Origin: the human T2T-CHM13v2.0 reference genome, Homo sapiens
Length of the DNA stretch: 64,000 nucleotides
Strand: one strand, 5' to 3'
NCBI RefSeq assembly: GCF_009914755.1
Contig: NC_060925.1
The notes beneath the pieces are model-generated. The model did no database searches, was not told the DNA's origin, and was given only the letters and a program-made list of their open reading frames with translations. Below are positions 1 to 15,039 of the stretch, in pieces; position 1 is the stretch's first letter, and the number at the start of each line of letters is the position of its first letter. The translations under genes and the position numbers were made by a program.

Positions 1-3000
1 AAACAACATCTGTTACTTATTCTCAGGACAATTTGTACTGTGCTCAAAAATGACACAGGGACTCTCTTGTTCTCTTCTATATATTTAGCTAGGAGGGATA
101 TGAAGTTCATCACCTCTTCATCTGAACTCTGTTCCTGCCAATGTCACAAACAGTGTCACCAGCAGGAAGCTCACAAAAGTTGTTGGTAATCAAAAAGCAA
201 CTTTATTCCAAGGCACATGTGTAGTATGTATACAGGAAGAAATGTTTTCATCATGTGAACACTTAGACTATAGCATACAATTTTAAAAGTTAAATTAAAA
301 ATATGTGCATTCTTTATTGACTGGACAACAGTGGCCTGCAGTGAGTCCACATGATTATACGTTGTGGATGCATGGCTTTGAATCCCTGATCTTCAATTTA
401 CTGAGCTTTCCTGCTCCTTTCATATATAAATACTTGGCTTGGAAAATCTGATTTCCTTTACTACCAATCCCTGTGATTCATTTTCTACAACTATATGGTG
501 TGAGAACCCTGTGAGCAGACTGCTATCACCCTCCTGCTGCTTTGTCCACCTGTTTAGAATTTACATCCAAAATTAGTCTAAAACATACCTTTTTTTCCCC
601 TGGAGAATAGTAAGTTAATATATTTACAAATTCCAGATGAACTAGATATGTTCTGAGGGCTTTGCAATTTTGTATTTTGCAAACTACTCTTTGATAGAGC
701 TGGCAATCTCTTTTTCAGAGTAAAATCAAAACAGAACCCCCTCCCAAAATAAAGCTCAAACAAAACAATACAAAAAAGAATTCCTTCTATGCACATTTTG
801 TGAAATTTTCTCCCCTTTAACCATGCATTCAATGTGCCAGAAACAGGCACAAATGATTATATGCATTTTAGGTTAGATTTTTCTTTATAAAAACAGACAG
901 AATTTATTTTTCATGGGAATTATGCAATTTTTCTGAAGTGCGGGGCTACCTGATTCCTCAGGCAACTCTTCATATATCACAGCTCAAAGCTCAACTTCCT
1001 TCTTCCTTCTTACTAGTAAATTACATTAGCATAGATTACTTTGCAGTGAACATTGTATGGACTTATTTAATGAATGTCAGCAGAGTCTTCATGCTTGTAA
1101 ACTTATTCATAAGTTTCTCTTTTCAGTTTCTTAAAATATGTTTGATTGAGAGGCACAAATAGGGGTGAGGTGGTAAAGAGCTTCTTTAATTTAATATGTT
1201 CCTGCTAGAAGACTCTAGCTTCTGAAGAGAATTCTGAAGAACAGATGTTTGGCTTCCAAAGTGAAAAACATCCATCTGTTTCTTAAATGTCAAAACAATA
1301 ATAGTAAAGTTACAGCATCCACATGTGCGGGTTTGAGTGGGTGTTCTAAAGCCATACAACTGGGCCTTATTTGTAGACAACTCAGAAATCCACCCCAAAA
1401 GCACACACATTATCTTACCTGTGCATACATGCAGTTGAGGGAGAAGGAAAGAAAAAAGAAACCATATCAAACAGGCAGAAATTACACTATTTATGGCATA
1501 CAAATTTAGTTGTTAGCTTGGTTAATAAAGGTTTGTGATGTAAGCAAGACTATCTCTTTAAATATTCTGCCGGGGTTTCTTTCCATTACTCTATTTTAGA
1601 CTTACCTGGATTCATTTAGTCACAGTTTCCTATCTCTCCATCAGTACATATTTTGGTTTCTGTAACCTGCGGATCAGTTTGTTTTCTTCCAAATGCCTGA
1701 GTTTACGGAATGTGGTCAGGAACTGATAGAGTCCAGAATAAACTGGGTTGATTATTTCTTCCTGTTTGGTCAGTACACAAGCTAGCAGGAAGGAAATCCT
1801 ACCTTTTTTCCCCTTCAGAAATAATGTTTTCACTGTGATATAAGAGGGAACAGATGTAAAAAAGGGGTTAGCTAGAGTGTCAATATTTTCTATACAGAAT
1901 GGTAAACATTTTAATGTAATTAAATGTTAGGATTAATTTGTTAATCCTTATATATTCCCGTGTCCATTCAAGAGAAGTATCTCTAATTAAATTTCTCTTT
2001 GGCTATACTAATAAAAAGAATATCATCTAGAACTCTAGCCATAGTCAGCATGTGTGTGCGGTAGTGATAAGGCTGGGTAATTGCAAGATTAGTCATTGGC
2101 TTTTTATTGAGGCTGAAAGCTATGCACTGTATAGAAATTCACTGAATTACTTGAAATCACATCTATAGACTCTTTGCTTTGTGCTATTTGCTTTGTACTG
2201 CTTCTTCTAATAAGTCCCTTTTCCCTTTTTTTGTGTTCTGATTTTTGCAAGCAGGGTAACAATCATGCTACGGCTGCTCAATTGTTTTCAGATCTTTTTC
2301 TTACTATTAGTTTTATATAATCCCCATAAGCCAGAAGTGCAATTTAAACTGCAACAGTAGTTTTATGATTAAAAAAAAACTGACTTTTAATATCTCCAAC
2401 TTAGTTTTCTTATTTACAGCACAGACTACAAGATAATTGTTAATATGGCTATGGATACTCATATCTCTCAAATCTTGCAGAGATGCAAAATTATCTTATG
2501 ATAATACACAGTTTATTATTATACTACCACCATATACAAAAGTATAATTTTGTATCTTTTCCTTGATGGGATTGAGGTGGAAGTGGTGGTAAGGGGTTTT
2601 ATGAGGAACCTGAGCATTGATCTGGCATCCAAGCAAGATCATCATCATCTATTCCCTTCACCTTCTTTAATATGGAAGCAAAACATTTATGGCCTGGTAC
2701 AAATTCTTTCTCAGAAGACCCACTGACCCAATCATCAATCAGGTCACCTGATAGCGATATTAGAGTATATTGTAGATAATCTCAACGTAGAGCAGTAGAG
2801 AGAATGCCCTCTTGAATTGATGCTATTTGTTATGGCTTGGGCATGATATTCTTCAAATACTGGAACCAATAAAAAATAAATGTATGTTCGGTCTATGATG
2901 CTGACTTGTGTTAGGGAGTTAGGGAATCTGCCACTCATTTCATCTCTTACTCTGTGAACCTACAAAGACATGAGGCACCCATGGAATGTTTCTTGGTGCA

Positions 3001-4705
3001 CTGTACTTCTGCTTTGGGTGACAGAGGTTTCTACATTCTGCTTAACAACTCATTCCCTTTACTCCAATATTTATAATCCAATTGTCTGGAAAAAATAGGT
3101 AATGTGGTTAGGGCAAAAGCAAATTCTCCAGAGACTACTAAAGCCTACAAAATACTATTTTTTTGCTCACAAAATGACTAAAGAGTGGTAATTCGTGGAG
3201 AAGAAAACCTGATTTTTGAAAGTTTAAATAGTAGGCTATATCTATCAGAATTAATTATCAGGTCTAACCAACTAAGTCCATCTTTCACCTGTTAAGTTGT
3301 AGCTACTGCCCATTCCTCTTCTTACGGTGATTCAAGTCATAAAGCTTCAGGACATACAATTCTCTGCAGGCTCTGCTTTTGCTAATATTTGTAGAGCCCT
3401 AAAATACTGAATGAGTGCCTGGAGGACTTTAGGTATGTTATTATTCTTATTTTGGGCAGCTTAATCATTTAATATTCCTTTGCTATCTCCATATATTAAT
3501 ATTCATTAGCATTATCTAGCTAGAGCTTTCTTTCATACTTGGGGGATACATTTTCTAGCATCATTTACATAGTTAGTGCTCATGATTTCCAATGCACTTA
3601 GCAAAAGAAAAGATTAATCTCTGAAAGTAAAATGTAAACTAAGTGCAGTTAAAAATGAGGTGCTGGAATTCAAGGGCGAGTGAAGTACATGTGGTTCTTT
3701 CAAACCACAGATTTAAAGTTTGTTTTTATGCATTTCACTTTGACTGTAGTTTTACTTTTAAAAATCCTGTATGGATCCTTTATTTAAGACTAATGTGGAA
3801 GTTTATTTTGTTTTTGTAATCTTTTCTCATGGTTTGCTCTGATGAATGAAAATGGTCTTCAGAAATTATTTGCTATAAATTTCCATAAAGAATGCAATTT
3901 ATCCTGTCCTATATGTCCATTAACTATTACTCTCTTCAATCTGTCAGCCCTTCAACAGTCTTTTTCTTAAATTTATAAGCAAAGCTTGTGAAAACATCTT
4001 ATTGACTCTTTTATTAGTCAGCATGTTAATTCAATGTTTTTTGAAAAACTAATAAAATCTAAATGCTGAATGAAAATAGAACTGTTTATAATCCAGCGAG
4101 AGTGAAATATATCAAATCTCAAAATTTTTTAAAGAGAAAAGTACAGAAGGAGATTTTTATTAATATAAAAGTTTAAAGATGATCTGTGAAGGGGGAGGGA
4201 AAAGGACATTTTGCAATTAGAGTTCTTTTGGTAACAAGAAGAAATGGCTTTGAAAGACCTGTGTTGTTGAGGGAGGGAAATTTTTTTTAAAAGTGAAACT
4301 GCAGTATTATGGATCTCTAGAAGAAGTATATCCAGATCTATGTGTTTCTTGAAGGCAAGACTAAGAAATCTGTTTTTGTTGGAGCATTTAATTCTATAGG
4401 TAGAATTTGTAGATGGAGTTGCAGGCTGATTGGAAGACTATAAGCATATACGTGCAGGCACATACAAGCACACATTTGTGTGTGATGGTGGGGATGGCAG
4501 TGGGATTGGTGTTCTTCATTGCTTTTGAACTCATTTCCTTGCCAGAACAACGGCTGTTTCTGAAATTTCCAAAGGAGCTGGAGGCAGTTAAGGAAGTAAT
4601 GCCTGGCATGGCTGTCTGATAATTTAGAACTTAGGTGATGTACACGTGCACAACTGCATCTTGTTTAGGTGTGCCATATATTTATAACTGATACATGCAA
4701 ATATA

Positions 4706-4708
<3 letters not shown>

Positions 4709-4738
<30 letters not shown>
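4709..4738. repeat. (AC)15 microsatellite
   Basis: Perfect AC dinucleotide run read directly. Confidence 0.97.
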
Positions 4739-4740
<2 letters not shown>

Positions 4741-4800
4741 CCTCGGTGATCAAACATAATCAAATAACAAAAACAACAAACATAAACACAAGCCAGCCAC

Positions 4801-4803
4801 AAA

Positions 4804-4840
<37 letters not shown>
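4801..4840. repeat. A12-(TA)14 compound microsatellite
   Basis: Read directly. Confidence 0.95.
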
Positions 4841-4844
<4 letters not shown>

Positions 4845-7103
4845 ATCTTAGTTGAGTAAAGTTTGGGTAATGACACCAATGGCATTAAAATCTTGATGTC
4901 TACTTTCATACTAGTCATGTTGCTTGGCATGGAAAAAAACTGTGTTGCACAAGCTATGCAGTCTTGCCATTAGTCTCTTTCACATACTACTAGAATGGTA
5001 TGATCTACCAACATTACTGAGGAAAAATATTCTAAGTCAAGGGCAGTCTGTGACTCAATATATATGAATATCACCATTAAAAAATGTAATACACTGAATG
5101 GAGAAAGGGTCTAATGGAATAATGGTGCCCAGAAAGGATTTGTATGAGCTTTCTTCATATAATAAATAAAGAAAATATAAATTGGAAAGAACAGAAAAAG
5201 CATCTTTTAACAGGACCTCAGATGATGAGATTTAAGGAAATATCCAGTACACTGGTTCAAAAGAATATTGTTATGTTGGGAGATGTGATACGTTGTGGAG
5301 AGGTGGTCAATATGACCACAGTTACTGAAGACAGAATGAAAATGAGTTATTAATTAGAGAGCAATCTAATTTCAGCCTTTAAAAAGTAGTTTAGTTTTAT
5401 TTTAGAGGTGGTTAGGGCTGCTGTAGCCTTCTAAAGAAGCAATATCAAAGCAATTAAGATAAATGTATTTCTGTGTAGCATATAATAGGGTAGATATGTT
5501 TTTAAAAGTTCTACCAAATAGTAAAACATTCATTTTAATTTGTGCTAATTACTCCATAGCTGTGCTTATTAGTGGAGTGAAAGAACCTTGACAAATGCAA
5601 ACTTTAAGGAGGTGATTTTAGAAATCCAGAGATAATATAGGTGAAGAATACGTTGTGACTTACAGCTGACCAGAAAACATACAGATTATTGTAACAATCT
5701 TTTAACTTCTCTAGGCCTCCATTACATATTTGGTAAAATCAGGATACTAAAAAATAATTTCTAGGAGTTTTTCACATATAAAATTTTATGATATATAAAT
5801 TATTACAACAGCAAATAATAAATCACACATATTTCTCCACATTAGCCTTTTTATTACATGCAAGATGAGACAACATAAAAGTTGAGGACAGCTTCAATAT
5901 TTTTGGACTTTTAAGCTCAAAGAACTTGCTGGTTCCAATGACCAGTGGGATGATGTGGACCCTCTCAATTTATTTTAGTAGACTATTTGTTTCCTTGTTT
6001 CTGCCCTGTTTTTTTGGTGTTTTTCCTTTGTTTGTTTGTTTTACTATCCACATTTCTTTTGAGAATGAAACTTCTGGCTTCCAAATTCAGTATTTTCATA
6101 TCGGAAGGGACAAAAACATGGTAAAATTTGACACAATTATAAAAGCCAAATCACTTTGTCTTTAATATTCCTGTGCATTACATTTTTACAATGGGAGATA
6201 CTAGGAGGTTTTCATGAGGAGACATCATTTAAAACAGATACTCTTGATTAATAGCAGACCTGATAGGACCTAACTCAAGTTTTTCTTATAGGTTCTGGGG
6301 GAAAATTGCAGTAAAAGTTTGGTCACAATGATCAACTAATTAGAAACCTTAAAGGCACAAGTAATCCACAGTAACTGAAATAGATGAGTTCCTAATTATA
6401 GAACTGTTAGAGATATCACATTCCTTGCAGAGGTTGACAAATAGCATTTAAAACAAGAGATTTTACTTCTCTGGTATCAAAGACAAAGGTTATCTTAATG
6501 ACATTGGTAGGCATTTTATTTTCCATTGATAACACCTCTGCTGCTTTAATCATTTTGTATATCTGCAGAATCTCAAAGAAATAGAGACAACTGAATTTAC
6601 AGCCACCATTCTGGTAATTGACTTGGTGCCTTGGTAAACAGGAAAGTGTGTGTGTTGTGTGCGCATGTGGTTTTTGCTATCCTCCCCCTTATTTTACCCT
6701 AGCCTAAACTGGTTCCTGTAAAGCAGGGTAATAGCTAACTGGAAGGCTTTCCCCCAGAATACCCTATAAAGATACAGAGAGAACTCCAAACTTAATATAT
6801 ATCAACCATTTGCACTCTCAGGTCCTGCATATATTTTCTTGTATCCTTTTTTTTTTCTTTTTCTTTCTTTTGCTGTATATCTTAGCATGTGAGCCAAGTG
6901 TCAAAGCCATGACATTCTTCACTCCAGAAATATTTATTCATCTTTAATTCCACCTTCTGCCCTGCCCCTACCACTCTTTATTCCTTATAGCCTAGTGCTT
7001 AGTTGACAATACAGCCTCCTCTATGTGCCTTCTTTACCATTAACACCTATATTGTCATTATGAACTTTGTTTTCTGGCTTTACACTAGACTAAAATTTCC
7101 TCA

Positions 7104-7560
7104 TATTAGTTTAGAGTCCTTTGGTTGTAATTAACAGAGTATAATGTAATCTGATTTAGAAAAAGGGAGATTATACTATAAATATTTAGAAATCTTTAAT
7201 GAAACCCAGGGCAGGAAGACACCAAAGGATCAGGAAAAATAGAAAAAGGATGCGAAAATTTAACAGAGGCCAAGGGAGGTTTCTCACTCCACTGTCTTCG
7301 TTTTTTGTCTTGGTGTACTTCAGCATTCTCCTTCTTTGTATACCAGATTTCCCTGATTCTGTCCAAATAACTAAATACAGTATGGCCACCCTAAAGTACA
7401 AGAGCTTATGTAATATAATTCCAGCTACATAAGGAATGCCACTCTCAACTCCCTTCCTAGATTCGCTGGGAAGATAATTTGATTATCCTACCTTGGATTG
7501 AGACCTCTCCACTGCTACAATCAGCCAAAGTCAGGGAACAGAGTCAAAATATAAATATAG
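7104..7560 (-). mobile_element. Old MaLR LTR relic (MLT1J/K/L-like)
   Basis: atattagtttagagtcctttggttgtaattaacagag...gatttagaaaaagggagatt resembles the reverse-strand 3' end of old MLT1 LTRs. Highly diverged; boundaries approximate. Confidence 0.5.
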
Positions 7561-7627
7561 CTGCTGAGTGATCACCATTATGGATGAAAGTTTAGCACAA
7601 TCTTTTCATTATAGTCTATAGATAATC

Positions 7628-10616
<2,989 letters not shown>

Positions 10617-12349
10617 GACAATCTTTTATCTTGGAACCCCTAGCTGGCACAACCTTGGCATTTACTTTTCCAAATGTTTTGAATAAATAAAAGAAAAACC
10701 ATCTCTTTCTTCCATTCACTAATATTTATACTCCTGAATTAGAATTTCTCATGTTTTTTATATATTTCCTATTACCAGAAAAGACATTTAGCTTGCCAGT
10801 GCAATGATGACATTTTGCTGAAAATTGTTCAAAATTTTTTTCTGGATGAAATAATTTGCTGGAGCTACATTAAAAAATAATATTTTTCAAGAGTGAAAAT
10901 ATATGGTTGTTGCTATTTTAGGATTGGGATACATGTATTATTATCTCTTTTTACCTAGAGGAAATAAACCCAGTTTTTTTCCCTCAGACATGTAGCCTCT
11001 TTTGCATTCTGTTATTTAGATATATCTGCCTGAAAATGTACGTGACATTCTGGTGTTTTTCTACCTTGAAGTTTCAGCTGTGCTAGGAAGGTCCGCAGTT
11101 GTCATATGAGTGGCTTGGACATTTTTTGGTTTGTGCCTGTGTTTGTTTTTCCATAAAGGACAACTTGTTGCCAGTGACATTGATCCATTAATAATATCAA
11201 TATTTACTTAGAAAATTCATCCCTTATTTAAAAAATTATTTATACCCCTTGTAACTAATGTGTGTATATATCAAATTTACAGATTGAGAATGTAATGGTC
11301 AAATCTAATAATATCTAACATGTAAGAAATCTCTTGAGAAGTCAAGAGCTTGGCAACCAAGTAAAGATTAAGAATAATTAGAAATAATATTGTCAAGAGT
11401 CACACTATATGCATATTATATTAAAATTGGGTACCAATCTATATGACTAGGTTGTAACTACTTTTAAAGTGACAGTCTTTCCAGTTCTAGCTTTACAAGG
11501 CTTCCATGAATATATTATATGAATTTGAGGTGATTCCAGTTGCTAAGACTAACCCTAGAATTGTTAAATTTTATTTACTAATGCCAGCAAACATGCATAT
11601 TCCTGATACTAAAAGGTAGTATGCCTCTTCTAAAATTTTTTCACATGTAACTGTATATGATAAGAATGTATTTAAAGGTCACATTAGCCTGCATTCCTTT
11701 GGCTTCCATCCTATTGACTCATGTAGGAAATTAGAGCAGAGATTATTTCCTGTAGCCAATGAACAGTCAGAAAACACAGCCTGTGCAGTGTTAACTTGCT
11801 ATTTACAGAATAAGCTACTTACTTAAACTGAGTAATCAATTCAGGAACTACACCCAGGTCACAGCATCCACTGTAGAGAGAGACACTCAAGGACATCAGC
11901 AGTCCATCTATTGTTTAACAGAGCATTTTCTAAAGACCTATGAGTGAAGCCTCATAATTAACATGGGCAGTGGAAAGTATGCCTCAGTATTGATATCACA
12001 TTCACTAGGGGATTAAGGTTCTTAATTCTCTCTTTAAAAATAGCCAGATTTCTTTCTACACATAAATCTATTTATACAAACGAAAAAAAATGAGTATACT
12101 CTAAACCCAAACTTTGCTTTACCCTCAGAGAAAAATTGGATGTTAGACTTTGTGTTTTATTTTCAAATTGTCTAAACTATTCAGGATTTTGAGATATCCA
12201 GATACTTTTTGGCAAAGTTTTAGAAATCTAAGAGATGATGTAAATAGACAAGGCAACAATATTACAAATCTTATTTGATGGAAAATGTATCATTACCTGA
12301 ATCTCCCTTAGCATTGATGCCCTTTTATGTCTGTGCTACAGAGTATCTA

Positions 12350-12730
12350 AGGAGAAAACAGACAGAGGGAATAGCAGGTAGAAGGGCTCCAGAGTGTGAG
12401 TAGGTGAGATTGAGGGAGTAGACACGAAAGCAGTAAAAGTCTCTTGAAGGCTATGTGAGGCAGTGGTGCTTTCTTAGCATGAGGAAGTCACTGGAGGCAT
12501 TTAAGCAGAGTAGGGATATACTCTGACTTAAGTGTTGAAAGGATTTTAGGGTCCTGAATTAAGACTAGAAGTTAGGAGTCTTCACCCAACTTGGGAGCAG
12601 AACACCTGGCAGGTCATTATTATAATAAAGTTGAGCAGCAATGGATGGTGATACAGGATAAGGTGGTAGCAAAAGACATGGCGAGAACCAAAGAGATTCA
12701 AGATCTATTCCAGAGCAGAATAAATATAAC
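12350..12730 (-). mobile_element. LINE-2 fragment
   Basis: Purine-rich L2-like motif (gaagtcactggaggcatttaagcagagtagggatatactctgactta). Boundaries approximate. Confidence 0.6.
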
Positions 12731-12799
12731 TTAGTACTAAAGCAGACCACGAAGTAAGTGGCAACTTCTCTTTATCTTTATATAATGAATAATTGATAT

Positions 12800-13330
12800 T
12801 GGCATATATTTGCTAAAATCCCTTTATTGGCTGATTACACTTAGGATAAAATCCAAAATCCTTATCAGAGCTTACCAGGCCTCTGAGCTTGTCACATTCT
12901 ACCTCTGGCTGTATGTTTTCAATCTTCCTAATCTAGCTGTATTAGCCTTTTCACAATTATCTAAATCTGCCATTCTCTTTATTGCCTCAACACATTTGTA
13001 CATGATGTACCTCTGCCCAGATCATTTTCCCTTCTCTTCAGCGAAACAACCACATTCTTAACCAATTGGTTAGCTGAAGAGAATGGTTATTAACCATAAC
13101 ACATTCTTCTATTCATCTCTTTCCTATCACCTTAAATGTCACTTGTTCCAAACTTACCCTAAAATTGCCTTTTATATGCTCAAATTGCATGTTTTACTTT
13201 TAATGGCCCTTCTTATACATGACTTCTGTAGCAGTCAATACTATGTATGCCTATGTAATTTTTGCATTCTTAATTTCTAGCCCAATACCTAGAATGCAGT
13301 AGAAATTCAATAAATATTTTTATTAAATTA
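12800..13330 (+). mobile_element. LINE-2 3' fragment
   Basis: cttaggataaaatccaaaatcctta... ending cccaatacctagaatgcagtagaaattcaataaatatt, typical of the L2 3' end. Confidence 0.65.
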
Positions 13331-13429
13331 CTGCCTATATCTTCCTCTTGATGGATTGCAATGCACATTAGCTTATCAAAGTTTTAAAAGTCTTCACACA
13401 CATGCACATACAGTGTATGGCTATATAAA

Positions 13430-13543
13430 GGTAGATGTGTATATATGTATAGGCATATGTATATATGTATATACATACATATGTAGGTATAGGCATATTT
13501 ATATACATATATACAAAATACACACACACACACACACACACAC
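13430..13543. repeat. Imperfect (TA/TG)n followed by (CA)n
   Basis: Read directly; it accounts for the low-complexity Y/I/H/T-rich part of the 144-aa ORF at 13356. Confidence 0.9.
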
Positions 13544-13769
13544 ATCCCTATCTTTGTTTAAACCAACATCTCTGGATGTTCTGTGTTCATGGAATTATTT
13601 TTCTTATCTATTATCTTCTAAGGTGAAAGAAGAACATACTTGGAAAAATGCCATGTTAGATTATGACTTCTGTGGGAAATCTTATTTTTTACATAGTTTT
13701 AAACAGTTAATATTAAATAACCGCATTTCAATTTCCTATAACCATGTAGAAGTTCTTTTGACCTCCCTA

Positions 13770-13912
13770 TGCCATGGTTTCCTCTGGTAAAAGAGGATAA
13801 TGTCAGTAATTCTTTCATTCAACTGTGAGCATAAATGAGCTCACACATATATGAATGGGGCTTAGCATGGTGCTCTAAACATAGAAAATACTCATTAGAT
13901 ATGAAATATTTT
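13770..13912 (+). mobile_element. MIR fragment
   Basis: ggtttcctctggtaaaagaggataat...gcttagcatggtgctctaaacatagaaaatactcattagat matches the MIR core and 3' end. Confidence 0.6.
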
Positions 13913-15039
13913 ATAATAAGTAATTTGCTGTAGTATAATTGTATATTTGGAGGCATAAAATCTTGAATTATAAACCTCTAATCTAGTTTTATTTGAGATG
14001 TGTTTTCTAAAAAATACAGTTTAATAAAAAAGCAGAAAACCTTAAGCATTGTTTAAATCCTAATCAGTTGTTCTGAAATATTTTAATCAAATCATCTTTG
14101 GTCTGCTTTCATTTCTGTATAACTTAGGAAAAATATATGACAATGTGCAAAAATACGTATTTTTTGGTTACCTAGACTATGCTTACATGAATTATGAGAC
14201 TAATACCATATTTGATATAGAGAAACATCAGAAAATTATCTATTAAAGAAAGAAACTACTACTATGGATTTTAATAACATAAAACTGCTGAGATTTCCAT
14301 AAAATAAACTCAGAAGTTTTACTTATTCATTTACTCTAATAGCACTTTTCCTAGTTTAATTAAGCATTACAATTACCATTTATTTTCTAAGTTTGCAGTG
14401 ATTCATAAATTAATAATACTAATGATAGCAAGAAAATAGTAATAACAAAAAAATTCACATTTATTAAATGCCTATATTGTGTTGTGTAAAATACAGCCTC
14501 TATTCTGCCTTTGATACTGTTTGTTTCAGCAACTTTCTTGAGGTTGGATTTTATTATTTTAAATCTTATTTTCTTGTAGTTTTATATGTTTGTCATTTCT
14601 TTTATCACTTATTCATCCTGCTTAGTCCTCATTCTATATGAAAACTTTGCAGTTCCAGTAGAATACAGTTGAATATTTGCAGATCTAGCTCTTGTCAGAA
14701 AGACTATAATTTAAAATCCTGACTCACCAAATCATCTCTGGAAAGCAAATAAACCAGTTCTTGTCTCATTTTATACACAGAATAATATATGTTAAAGACC
14801 CTTCATTTTATACTTATTTATGTAAATTTCACCAAAGAGAACATTCTTCAATGTACCCATCTTTAATCTACCACACTAACTCATCAACAACAGAAAATGA
14901 ATTCAGTTCTTCTCCAATAAGAGATAACCTAGCAACTACAATAAATCCTCCTTGAACCAAACCACTTTTGATCTTCCTTCACTATGAAAGAAATGCTTTG
15001 CTAAGAGAAAACGCTGCTATGATTCCGATCCATAAATGG

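Noticed and set aside
13356-13790. 144-aa ORF
   Set aside because: It runs through the TA/TG/CA microsatellite, has a non-ATG start and shows no protein-like features.
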